DNA of 46,574 bases from Candidatus Zambryskiibacteriota bacterium (GTDB lineage Bacteria; Patescibacteriota; Minisyncoccia; Phycocordibacterales; DATDWN01): positions 1-46,574 of the forward strand of contig JAPLZY010000009.1 of the NCBI GenBank assembly GCA_026394775.1, read 5' to 3'. Positions 27,771 to 35,938 of the stretch are shown here, piece by piece (the stretch's first letter is position 1; each line of letters opens with the position of its first letter). A program made the position numbers and the translations under genes. The notes under the pieces are model-generated. The model had not been told where the DNA came from. It worked only from the letters and a program-made list of their open reading frames with translations, and did not search any database.

Positions 27771-27985
27771 AATACTATTTTAAAACAACACGTATATTCG
27801 CCTGGTGGCGAATTACTATGCTCGCCAATCAAGAAAATAATCAACTTCTGACGGCTACCTTCTCGCAAACTCCTCGTTGAGTACAACTTCGTCAAACAGT
27901 GCTTCAGGTCACACCGTCCCACCTGAGTACAGGTGACAGTCGTTATTTTCTAATTGGCTGTGCAATGTTGTTTTAAAATAGTATT
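27771..27985. repeat. 215-bp element bounded by perfect 20-bp inverted repeats (MITE/REPIN-like or structured RNA)
   Basis: AATACTATTTTAAAACAACA (27771-27790) pairs with TGTTGTTTTAAAATAGTATT (27966-27985). Inner arm GCCAAT..GAAAATAA/TTATTTTC..ATTGGC. Confidence 0.8.
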
Positions 27986-28053
27986 TTCGTCTTGATGATA
28001 ATTCAAAAAGCAAAAAGCGCCGTACCGGTTGGTCGTGCGCCTGTATCTTCGTT

Positions 28054-28428
28054 TTACATAATTTTCTCGCACACAACTTCCCAGCCGGCCCCAAGTGAAT
28101 TGACTGCTTCACGGATTGCCTCTAGGTGCTTCAGTACCTCTCGCATCTGCTCTTCGGAAACAGATGAAAATTGTTTGGTGACAAGAATTTTGGCATATAC
28201 TTGAGTAGGGCCCGGGTAATTAGCGACCTGTTCAGTCATGTCAATACCCTTCTCACGGAAGAATGTATCTAAGACCGTACGCTCACGATCTTTCAGTGGG
28301 CGTTGCCCGAGTTCAATGTTGGAGTAAACACGGGTACTTACTCCAAGGGCTTTCGCCATGTCCCTTTGTCTTAAATTCAGCAGCTCTACACGAATATGTG
28401 CAAGAACAGCACTTTCATTAGCTGGCAC
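28054..28428 (-). CDS. XRE-family helix-turn-helix protein
   Basis: IRVELLNLRQRDMAKALGVSTRVYSNIELGQR. Confidence 0.8.
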   Translation of the reverse strand: MPANESAVLAHIRVELLNLRQRDMAKALGVSTRVYSNIELGQRPLKDRERTVLDTFFREKGIDMTEQVANYPGPTQVYAKILVTKQFSSVSEEQMREVLKHLEAIREAVNSLGAGWEVVCEKIM

Positions 28429-28514
28429 TATCCTTTCTCCTGAGGCAATACTGTACTACTTTTGAGTAAAAGTCAATACAACAAAAAACCAGACTCGCGT
28501 CTGATTTTTTGGAA

Positions 28515-28781
28515 TTACTTCTTTAGGCCGAGTTTCTTGATAAGAGTTGCGTATCGCTTTGGAGACTTTTTCTCGAGGTATTTCATCTGAGTCTTTCGAT
28601 CAGCTACCATCTGGAGAAGTCCTCGTCGTGAGTGGTTGTCTTTATTGTTTTTCTTAAGGTGTGAAGCAAGTTCGTCGATTCTTTTTGAGAGAATAGAAAC
28701 CTGGACCTCTGGAGAGCCAGTGTCTGTGTCGTGAATCTTTACCGCATCTATTACCTTAGCCTTTTTTGTCTTTGTAAGCAT
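28515..28781 (-). CDS. rpsO: 30S ribosomal protein S15
   Basis: DTGSPEVQV, HLKKNNKDNHSRRGLL. Confidence 0.98.
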   Translation of the reverse strand: MLTKTKKAKVIDAVKIHDTDTGSPEVQVSILSKRIDELASHLKKNNKDNHSRRGLLQMVADRKTQMKYLEKKSPKRYATLIKKLGLKK

Positions 28782-28888
28782 TGTTGCTACAAGATATCAC
28801 AGTATTCATTATATTGCAAGGGCTTTATCACCGATAGGTGTATTGCTCTTGGAAGGCCTTAAAAGACCCATGGTATACTAATGGTTAT

Positions 28889-29905
28889 ATGTCATCTCTC
28901 AAAGCTCTTAAACAACAGTTTCTTGAATATATTGAGATAGAAAAAGGACGGTCTTTAAATACGGTTGAAAATTATGACCGCTATCTTACGCGCTTTTTGA
29001 AATTCATTAAACACGACTCTCCCGCAGATATCACTGACAGTACTATTCGAGAGTTTCGACTCTGGCTCAACCGACAGTCAAACCTACCATGGAAAAGTCT
29101 TGATAAAGACGGAAAGCCTTTGAAAAACCGCGACAAAGGAGAAACATTGTCTAAGAAAACTCAAAATTATTATCTCATTGCCCTTCGAGCGTTCCTTAAA
29201 TATTTGGCTCGTGAAGGAGTAAAGTCTGTGTCCCCAGAGCGTATTGAGCTTGCAAAAGTGAGTGAGCGATCGCTTGACCTTATTACAGGTGCTGAGCTGA
29301 CACGTCTTCGTGAAGCGCCCAAAGGCACAGGTCTTAAGGTGTTGCGAGACAAAGCTATTATGGAGCTTCTTTTTTCGACAGGGCTTCGTGTGTCTGAGCT
29401 CTGTGCGCTGACTGCTGATATAGACCTAAGTTCTGATGAGCTTTCAATTCGAGGGAAAGGAGGAAAGGTTCGTGTTGTTTTTATTTCAGATGAGGCAAAA
29501 AAACATGTAAAAGCATATTTGCTTGCTCGAAAGGACATGGAAGAAGCTTTGTTTGTGCGAATTGGTGTTGAAGGAACAGGGAAAAATACAATGGCTAAAC
29601 CCCGCGAGTCCAAGAGCGGGGTCGCCCGATCCGCCAAGGGCGGATTTAGGGAATCGAGCGCACTCAACCGCCACTCAGTAGAACGGATCATCAGACACTA
29701 TGCGACCAAAGCAGGTCTTTCAAAAAAAGTCACTCCGCATACGATGCGTCACCTGTTTGCTACTGACCTACTTTCAAATGGTGCAGATATTCGCTCAGTG
29801 CAAGCGCTGCTCGGACATTCAAGTATTATTACGACTCAGATATATACACATGTAACTGACAAGCATCTACGAGACATCCATAAGAAATTCCATAGCAAAA
29901 AGTGA
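28889..29905 (+). CDS. XerC/XerD-like tyrosine recombinase
   Basis: EKGRSLNTVENY, LFSTGLRVSEL, GKGGKVR, TPHTMRHLFAT, LLGHSSIITTQIYTHV. Confidence 0.93.
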   Translation: MSSLKALKQQFLEYIEIEKGRSLNTVENYDRYLTRFLKFIKHDSPADITDSTIREFRLWLNRQSNLPWKSLDKDGKPLKNRDKGETLSKKTQNYYLIALRAFLKYLAREGVKSVSPERIELAKVSERSLDLITGAELTRLREAPKGTGLKVLRDKAIMELLFSTGLRVSELCALTADIDLSSDELSIRGKGGKVRVVFISDEAKKHVKAYLLARKDMEEALFVRIGVEGTGKNTMAKPRESKSGVARSAKGGFRESSALNRHSVERIIRHYATKAGLSKKVTPHTMRHLFATDLLSNGADIRSVQALLGHSSIITTQIYTHVTDKHLRDIHKKFHSKK

Positions 29906-29949
29906 TTCTGACACGGCTCTGGTCTTTTTCACCAATCTTATCATACCGC

Positions 29950-30036
29950 GATCCTTACAGGATCAGTACACCTTGTCGATCTTTTGATTACAAAAGCTCT
30001 GACAAGGTCTTGCGAAAGCATATGATGCTTTCTCAC
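29950..30036 (+). repeat. Structured repeat family 3, copy A
   Basis: GATCC-TTACA-GGATC / GTAC / ACCTTG..CAAGGT / CTTGC / GAAAGCAT-ATG-ATGCTTTC / TCAC. Confidence 0.88.
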
Positions 30037-30076
30037 TTGGTAAAAAATTCTCAGAGTGTGGTAATATCTTTTAGTA

Positions 30077-30847
30077 ATGAAAATCATCTCATGGAACGTA
30101 AACGGGGCGCGAGCGGTTCACAAAAAAGGTAATTGGCAGTGGCTTATTGATCAAAACCCTGATATTTTCTGCTTGCAGGAAACAAAGTCTGAGGCACATC
30201 AGTTACCTGACGAAGTTCGTTCTCCTGTCGGCTATTTTTCATATTTCAATTCATCTAAAATGCGCAAAGGCTATAGTGGAGTAGCGATTTATTCAAAGAT
30301 AGAGCCAAATAAAGTGGAGTACGGCATGGGTATAGAAGAAATGGACCAAGAAGGTCGCCTTGTTGTGGCTTATTTTGATGACTTTGTGCTATTGAACTGT
30401 TATTTTCCAAATGGTGGAGGAGGGCCAGTGCGTCTAGAGTACAAGCTAAAGTTCTACACTCACTTCCTTGAGTTTATTTTGAAACTGCGTAAGAAAGGTA
30501 TGCAGGTTATTTTTTGTGGAGATGTAAATACGGCTCATATGTCAGTTGACCTGGCTCGTCCAAAAGAAAATGAAAAGAATACAGGCTTTTTACCTGAAGA
30601 ACGTGCATGGATAGGTGCTGTGATAAACGCAGGTTTTGTTGATGTGTGGAGAAATAAAAACATAGATGTAAAAGATGCGTATACCTACTGGGATATGAAA
30701 ACATTTGCACGTTCACGAAATGTGGGCTGGAGAATCGACTATTTTTTTGTAGACCAAACACTTCTCTCGTATGTTAAAAACGTATTGATACATAAGGATA
30801 TTTTAGGATCTGACCACTGCCCTCTTCAATTGGACATCGATCTTTAA
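30077..30847 (+). CDS. xth: Exodeoxyribonuclease III / AP endonuclease
   Basis: ISWNVNG, CLQETK, GYSGVA, YFPNG, CGDVNTAH, GWRIDYF, GSDHCP. Confidence 0.96.
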   Translation: MKIISWNVNGARAVHKKGNWQWLIDQNPDIFCLQETKSEAHQLPDEVRSPVGYFSYFNSSKMRKGYSGVAIYSKIEPNKVEYGMGIEEMDQEGRLVVAYFDDFVLLNCYFPNGGGGPVRLEYKLKFYTHFLEFILKLRKKGMQVIFCGDVNTAHMSVDLARPKENEKNTGFLPEERAWIGAVINAGFVDVWRNKNIDVKDAYTYWDMKTFARSRNVGWRIDYFFVDQTLLSYVKNVLIHKDILGSDHCPLQLDIDL

Positions 30848-31233
30848 CATAAAAGACAGAAGATAAAATAGTTATCCACAGCATAGTCCTTTACATGACT
30901 TTTATATGTCTGTTATAGTAATTCCAGAACGGGATCAGCATGTCTTTAAGACAAAACAATTCCGTCGAGTTTGCGAGTTCTTTCACATTGTGCGTTTGTA
31001 CGTTTTGGATCCTACTATGGATCCCAACTTTGGGAACGGCCGTTCCCTCCCCTAGAAGTCTTCTTGGTTGGATAGGTGCAAGAGATATATTATCTACAAC
31101 TATCTACTATATTTTTTGGATTTGAGATATTATCGAACCCTAAATCCTGCTGAGAAATACTTCTTTTAGCCGCTCCGCCGTGACTGCGACAGTCTCCGCG
31201 TTGAGCGGTTTTTTGTATATAAATGTAGATAAA

Positions 31234-31326
31234 CATACGAATATGCGAATAAATACACATCTACGAATAGCTACGAATGAATTCACTCGTAGCTATTCGT
31301 AAGTTTTCAATTCGTATATTCATATT
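31234..31326. repeat. TACGAAT/ATTCGTA inverted micro-repeat array, copy 2
   Basis: Core 31262-31301 differs by one base from the 40-bp palindrome at 39679-39718. Confidence 0.88.
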
Positions 31327-31328
31327 GC

Positions 31329-32795
31329 TTACTTTACTCTGTGATCCTTTCGTATTTGAGATATTTCTTTTAGATCAACCTCTTCTTTTATTTGCTTTCC
31401 TTGCTCACCTAGCTTTTTTAATTCACTTTCATTCATGTTATAGAGCTCGATAGAGCGGTTTTCTAAGTATTCTGTTGTGTTTTTAGTCGGGTCTTCAAGT
31501 ACTTCTTCCAAAAGTGCATGAAGTGCATATCCTATCTTTGGTCCAGGTGTGCCACGTGTAACCTCAATCAATCTCTTACCATCAATCTTCAGCATTCCCA
31601 CTGTAATTGGATCACGGAGTGCTTCATCGATCATTGCATGATATTTACGGAGACGGTATGGGTCTTCTTTAGGTCTACCGGTCCCTATACGGTCGCAGAT
31701 GCGTACATTCATCAAATCCCATATATTATCTCGTCCTACATTTACGATCATTCTACGGACCGCAGAGAGGCTTATTTGCTCTGTGTCAGAAAAGAACATA
31801 TGCCATCGCACCATTGTCACCACTTTATCAATTAGTTTGTTTGGATATTTCAAATCATTCAGTATCTTTCGTGTTACACGTGAACCGACCACCTCGTGAC
31901 CATAAAATGTCCATGTATTTTGCTCTTTCCCCCATCGGCGTGTTTCAGGCTTGGAAATATCATGAAACAGTGCAGTCAGACGAATATCAAGTGGCCAGTT
32001 TTTGTCTGCCGCAGTCTGGAGGCTTCGAAGTAAATGTTCCCACACATCGTATGAGTGAGCTCTGTTTTGCTCTACTCCAATAGTTTTTTCGAGTTCAGGG
32101 ACAATATACTGAAGTAGACTTAGTTTTTTGAGTATGAGAAGGCCATTCATTGGCTGTTGTGACATAAGTATCTTACTAAACTCATCGCGGATCCTTTCTT
32201 TAGAGATTTTCTCGAGTAAATGTCCGTGTTTAAGTATAGCTTCCTCTGTTTCACGTGAAAGAGTGAAGCCGAGTTCCACATGAAACCGCACAGCACGCAT
32301 AATACGGAGTGCATCTTCGGTGAGTCGGTCGCTCGGTTCCCCTACAGTTCTAAGTATTCCCGAAGCAATATCTTCTTGTCCTTTAAATTCATCAACAAGA
32401 TGTCCTTGAGATACAGAATACGCAAGTGCGTTTATCGTAAAGTCTCTTCGCTTCAGATCATCCGTTAGATTTTGTGAAAATGTTACTGTATCAGGCCGTC
32501 TGCTGTCAGAATACTCAGATTCAATACGGTACGGAGTAACCTCGATGGTTTTTAATGTAGGGTCCTCTGTTTCATCAGAGACTACTCCTACTGTACCAAA
32601 GCTGTTTTCGTAAAAAGTGTGCGGAAACAGTGAAAGAATCTCTTCGGGTGTTGCATTTGTGGTCACGTCCCAGTCTTTTGGCTTTGCTCCTCGAATAAGG
32701 TCTCGGACGCAACCTCCAACCAAAAAAGCCTCAAAACCAGCTGTTTCGAGCGTTTCTGTTACACGTGAGACTTCGAGAGGGATGGTGAAGTTCAT
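31329..32795 (-). CDS. cca: CCA-adding tRNA nucleotidyltransferase with HD domain
   Basis: LVGGCVRD, DWDVTT, DLKRRDFTINA, EDALRIMRAVRF, ERIRDE, LFHDISK. Confidence 0.92.
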   Translation of the reverse strand: MNFTIPLEVSRVTETLETAGFEAFLVGGCVRDLIRGAKPKDWDVTTNATPEEILSLFPHTFYENSFGTVGVVSDETEDPTLKTIEVTPYRIESEYSDSRRPDTVTFSQNLTDDLKRRDFTINALAYSVSQGHLVDEFKGQEDIASGILRTVGEPSDRLTEDALRIMRAVRFHVELGFTLSRETEEAILKHGHLLEKISKERIRDEFSKILMSQQPMNGLLILKKLSLLQYIVPELEKTIGVEQNRAHSYDVWEHLLRSLQTAADKNWPLDIRLTALFHDISKPETRRWGKEQNTWTFYGHEVVGSRVTRKILNDLKYPNKLIDKVVTMVRWHMFFSDTEQISLSAVRRMIVNVGRDNIWDLMNVRICDRIGTGRPKEDPYRLRKYHAMIDEALRDPITVGMLKIDGKRLIEVTRGTPGPKIGYALHALLEEVLEDPTKNTTEYLENRSIELYNMNESELKKLGEQGKQIKEEVDLKEISQIRKDHRVK

Positions 32796-32875
32796 AAATA
32801 AAAGCATAGCATATATTTAGGCTTATTTAACCATAAAATGGATTATTTTAATAAATCATAGTATAGTAAAACTTC

Positions 32876-32947
32876 GCTCCCGTAGCTTAATGGATAAAGT
32901 ATCGGTCTTCGGAACCGTGGATGTGGGTTCGATTCCTGCCGGGAGCA
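32876..32947 (+). tRNA. tRNA-Arg(UCG)
   Basis: Acceptor GCTCCCG/CGGGAGC, anticodon loop CT-TCG-GA, T-loop TTCGATT. Confidence 0.9.
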
Positions 32948-33000
32948 CAGTGTTGATAACTAATGATTATTTTTTCGAACCGAGCTGGTATACTTATGTA

Positions 33001-33660
33001 ATGAGAAAAGATAAAGAGAAAGCGGTTGAATTAAGGTTATCAGGGAAAAGTTACAATGAAATAAAAGATATTCTAAAAATATCCAAATCAACGCTCTCTG
33101 AGTGGTTTAAGGTGATGCCAGAATCAGAGAATATTAGACAAAAGCTTGTTGCTGATCGAAAAGAAAATGATTTACTTGTTCTAAAAAAGGTAAATAATAA
33201 AAGAAGCCTCTACTTAGATGCTTTATACGAAAAAGCTAGAAGTGATGCGGTTATAGAGTACGAAATACACAGTAAAACCGCTTTGTTTATCGCAGGTTTG
33301 GGGCTGTACTATGGTGAAGGTAATAAAGCATCTAAATATGCAGTAAGTATTTCAAACTCGGACTATAGAGTTTTAGCTATTTTCCGGAATTTTCTTATAC
33401 GAGTTTGTAATATTTCTCCAGGTGTTATAAAATCATGGTTGCTTCTTTACCCTGATCTCAACGAAGAGATATGTAAAGAACATTGGATTAATAAAGTACA
33501 TTTAGGTAGAGATAGTTTTATGAAAAGTACCTGCATACAAGGTCGTCATAAAACTAGAAGGGTTTCTTATGGGATTTGCACTATTGGTTTAGGAAGTAGA
33601 GTGTTGAAAAACAAAATACTTGTCTGGCTTGATTTAATGGCTCAAAACATGGGTAAATAG
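33001..33660 (+). CDS. HTH + single LAGLIDADG-like domain protein between two tRNA genes
   Basis: AVELRLSGKSYNEI...ISKSTLSEW (HTH); AGLGLYYGEG, SISNSDYRVL (LAGLIDADG-like). The upstream ORF extension overlaps tRNA-Arg, so the start is set at 33001. Confidence 0.75.
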   Translation: MRKDKEKAVELRLSGKSYNEIKDILKISKSTLSEWFKVMPESENIRQKLVADRKENDLLVLKKVNNKRSLYLDALYEKARSDAVIEYEIHSKTALFIAGLGLYYGEGNKASKYAVSISNSDYRVLAIFRNFLIRVCNISPGVIKSWLLLYPDLNEEICKEHWINKVHLGRDSFMKSTCIQGRHKTRRVSYGICTIGLGSRVLKNKILVWLDLMAQNMGK

Positions 33661-33665
33661 AATAT

Positions 33666-33739
33666 GCGGCCATAATTTAGTGGTAGAATACGGACTTGCC
33701 AAGTCTGAGATGGGGGTTCGATTCCCCCTGGCCGCACCA
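33666..33739 (+). tRNA. tRNA-Gly(GCC)
   Basis: GCGGCCA/TGGCCGC, anticodon CGGAC-TTGCCAA-GTCTG, encoded CCA. Confidence 0.95.
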
Positions 33740-33742
33740 AAT

Positions 33743-33776
33743 AATGAAAAACCAGCTTCACGGCTGGTTTTTCATT
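33743..33776 (+). terminator. Intrinsic terminator after tRNA-Gly
   Basis: AATGAAAAACCAGC-TTCACG-GCTGGTTTTTCATT. Confidence 0.75.
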
Positions 33777-33870
33777 TGTGTGATTTTGTCCTTGTTTTTA
33801 GGACTTTTTACCACAATAAGACTTTCTGTGAGACACTCTCCCTTTATTAAAGCCATTTTTTCCTAATATA

Positions 33871-33901
33871 TGTTGAAAACTGTGGATAAGTCTGTGGACA
33901 T
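33871..33901. promoter_or_regulatory. DnaA-box-like motifs
   Basis: Perfect TGTGGATAA at 33881-33889, flanked by TGTTGAAAA and TGTGGACAT. Another perfect box lies at 30872-30880. Confidence 0.5.
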
Positions 33902-34201
33902 GTGTATTAGGGACAGTCTTTGACGCCTGTCAAAATATAGGACTTCGTGACTGAAAGGCTCAAAATATGGCTTTGAATAAAGAAAATCGTGTACTTTATC
34001 ATTTTATTTCCCAATTAAACTCCCAGTAATCAATGTTACATAAGTAACATTGATACGCCTTACACGTGCTACATGTGCAATCAAGATAATACGCCAGTAT
34101 ATTCTTTTGAGAAGCGAATTTTGTGCACCGAGTGTTGAGCGAAGAAATACCGAGTCTAGTAAGACGAGGTGCCACGTGTAACATGGGTGTATAATATAAG
34201 T

Positions 34202-34630
34202 ATGAAAGAAAAAGCTCCGCCTAAGTTACGTACCAAAACCCAGAAACAGATAGTGGGAGCGATTGGGGAAGATGCGGTGTGTGTATATTTGAAGCGAAAA
34301 GGGTATACAGTCACAGATCGTAACTATTTGAAAAAGTGGGGGGAGCTTGATGTTGTTGCTCGCAAAGGCGCTAAAATCTACTTTGTAGAGGTAAAAAGCG
34401 TTTCGCGACCCTTTGATGATGTGCCACGTGTAACATCTGAGAGTGGTTATAGGCCTGAGGATAATATGCATCCATGGAAGTTAAAGAGGCTCTCGCGTAT
34501 CATTCAGTCCTATCTCTTGGACAAAAATGTCCCTGATGAAGTAGAGTGGCAGTTTGATGTAGCGACGGTCTATGTAGACCAAGCTAAAAGACTTTGTAGG
34601 GTAAAAATGTTGGAAGATGTAATACTTTAA
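34202..34630 (+). CDS. yraN: YraN (UPF0102) family nuclease
   Basis: GAIGED..CVYLKRKGY...RNY...GELDVVA...FVEVK, WQFDV. Confidence 0.9.
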   Translation: MKEKAPPKLRTKTQKQIVGAIGEDAVCVYLKRKGYTVTDRNYLKKWGELDVVARKGAKIYFVEVKSVSRPFDDVPRVTSESGYRPEDNMHPWKLKRLSRIIQSYLLDKNVPDEVEWQFDVATVYVDQAKRLCRVKMLEDVIL

Positions 34631-34759
34631 ATTGTAATTTGATGGTTTTATGGTAGACTGGTTTGGTATTAAGTTTTTACCACGGGGTGTGGTGTGAACT
34701 GCTAACCTGATTGTTTTGGGGGTAAAATTTAATTTGTTTTTTAAGATTAAGAATAACGT

Positions 34760-34832
34760 CGGGGTGTGGTGTAACGGCTAACATGCTTGATTTGGGATCA
34801 AGTGACTCCGGGTTCGAATCCCGGCACCCCGA
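34760..34832 (+). tRNA. tRNA-Pro(UGG)
   Basis: CGGGGTG/CACCCCG, anticodon CTTGA-TTTGGGA-TCAAG, CCGGG-TTCGAAT-CCCGG. Confidence 0.95.
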
Positions 34833-34926
34833 CGTTGGTCTGAATCTTTAAATTAAAAAACAAATTAAATTTTACCCAGAAGCGTTTTACGCTTCTGTGG
34901 CCCGAAGGGAGGTGACTCCGGGTTCG

Positions 34927-35014
34927 ACTCCTTACAGGAGCTGTACACCTTGTTGATCTTTTGATTACAAAAGCTCTAGCAAGGTCTTGCGAAGTGAGGT
35001 CGCTCACTTCTCAC
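34927..35014 (+). repeat. Structured repeat family 3, copy B (inserted in pseudo-tRNA T-arm)
   Basis: CTCC-TTACA-GGAG / GTAC / ACCTTG..CAAGGT / CTTGC / GAAGTGAG-GTCG-CTCACTTC / TCAC. Confidence 0.9.
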
Positions 35015-35049
35015 CCGGCACCCCGACTGAGTTTTTAACTATATTAGAA

Positions 35050-35349
35050 ATGTTCAAGCGAACTATCGAAGACTTTACGTGTGAGTATTGTGGGAAAAAG
35101 GTGGTAGGGAATGGTTTTACCAATCATTGTCCGCAGTGTTTGTGGTCTAAACATGTAGATGTTGACCCTGGAGACCGGCTAGCCGAATGTGAGGGACTGA
35201 TGCGTCCAACTGAGATACAAAAGAAGGGAAGTGAGTATGCTATTATCCAAGTGTGTGAAAAATGTGGCTTTACTCGAGCGAATAAGGCACAGAAGGAAGA
35301 TAGTTTTGATGCATTAACTCAGATACAGTCAGAAAAACAGTTTAGCTAG
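35050..35349 (+). CDS. RNHCP-domain zinc-binding protein
   Basis: EDFTCEYCG...TNHCPQCLWSKHVDVDPGDR...CEKCG. Confidence 0.88.
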   Translation: MFKRTIEDFTCEYCGKKVVGNGFTNHCPQCLWSKHVDVDPGDRLAECEGLMRPTEIQKKGSEYAIIQVCEKCGFTRANKAQKEDSFDALTQIQSEKQFS

Positions 35350-35385
35350 ATTGACCTATTCATATCTAAAGTATATACTTTGGAT

Positions 35386-35664
35386 ATGAAAACAATGATT
35401 AACATCAAGACTGATAAAGATATTAAGTTAAAGGCTCAGAAAGTTGCGGAAGATTTAGGTTTGCCTCTAGGTACTATTTTAAATGCGTATTTAAGGGAGC
35501 TTATTCGAACAAAGGAAGCTCATTTTGGAGGTGCACCTCGAATGTCAGATGCTTTAGAGCGGTTAGTTGCTATTGTAGAGAAGGATATTAAAAACAAAAA
35601 AAATTTCTCTCCTGTATTTTCAAATGGAGCAGATATGGATAAGTACCTCGACAATTTATCATAA
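35386..35664 (+). CDS. RelB/DinJ-family antitoxin
   Basis: MINIKTDKDIKLKAQKVAEDLGLPLGTILNAYLR (ribbon-helix-helix); directly upstream of the toxin. Confidence 0.85.
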   Translation: MKTMINIKTDKDIKLKAQKVAEDLGLPLGTILNAYLRELIRTKEAHFGGAPRMSDALERLVAIVEKDIKNKKNFSPVFSNGADMDKYLDNLS

Positions 35665-35669
35665 GTCCT

Positions 35670-35930
35670 ATGAATGCAACTCCGCATAAAAATTTTCTAA
35701 AGAAATATATAAAATTGCGTCCAGGAGAGAAACAAAAATTTAAAGAACGAAGGGATCTTTTTCTAAATGATCCTTTTAACCCTATACTTAATAATCATGC
35801 ACTCGAAGGAAAGTATAAGGGGTATCGAAGTATCAATATTGGAGGGGACTTACGAGTAGTGTATAGACTGGTAGCAGATGATATTGCTTTATTTGTGACT
35901 ATCGATACTCATAGCAACTTGTATAAATAA
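35670..35930 (+). CDS. RelE/YafQ-family mRNA interferase toxin
   Basis: LNNHALEGKYKGYRSINIGGDLRVVY...IDTHSNLY. Confidence 0.88.
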   Translation: MNATPHKNFLKKYIKLRPGEKQKFKERRDLFLNDPFNPILNNHALEGKYKGYRSINIGGDLRVVYRLVADDIALFVTIDTHSNLYK

Positions 35931-35938
35931 ATCAAGAG

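Larger units (their letters stand above)
31548..34435. promoter_or_regulatory. Cluster of seven parS-like 16-mers
   Basis: Sites at 31548, 31872, 32247 (TGTTTCACGTGAAAGA, 15/16 to TGTTTCACGTGAAACA), 32757, 34058, 34168 and 34420. Confidence 0.75.
34683..35026 (+). pseudogene. Split, decayed tRNA-Pro copy surrounding the intact tRNA-Pro
   Basis: 5' half 34683-34720 is 33/38 identical to the intact gene. 3' half is 34912-34929 plus 35014-35026. Confidence 0.8.

Noticed and set aside
28889-29905. Tyrosine recombinase as a prophage or ICE integrase
   Set aside because: Xer-like N-terminus, housekeeping neighbours (rpsO, xth), and no att repeats or phage genes.
30940-31125. 61-aa ORF after a possible promoter and DnaA box
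   Set aside because: No recognisable motif; cannot be distinguished from a chance ORF.
32890-33000. N-terminal extension of the 256-aa ORF; likewise ORFs 34987-35049 and 37189-37458
   Set aside because: They overlap tRNA genes or structured repeats. True starts are downstream or the ORF is spurious.
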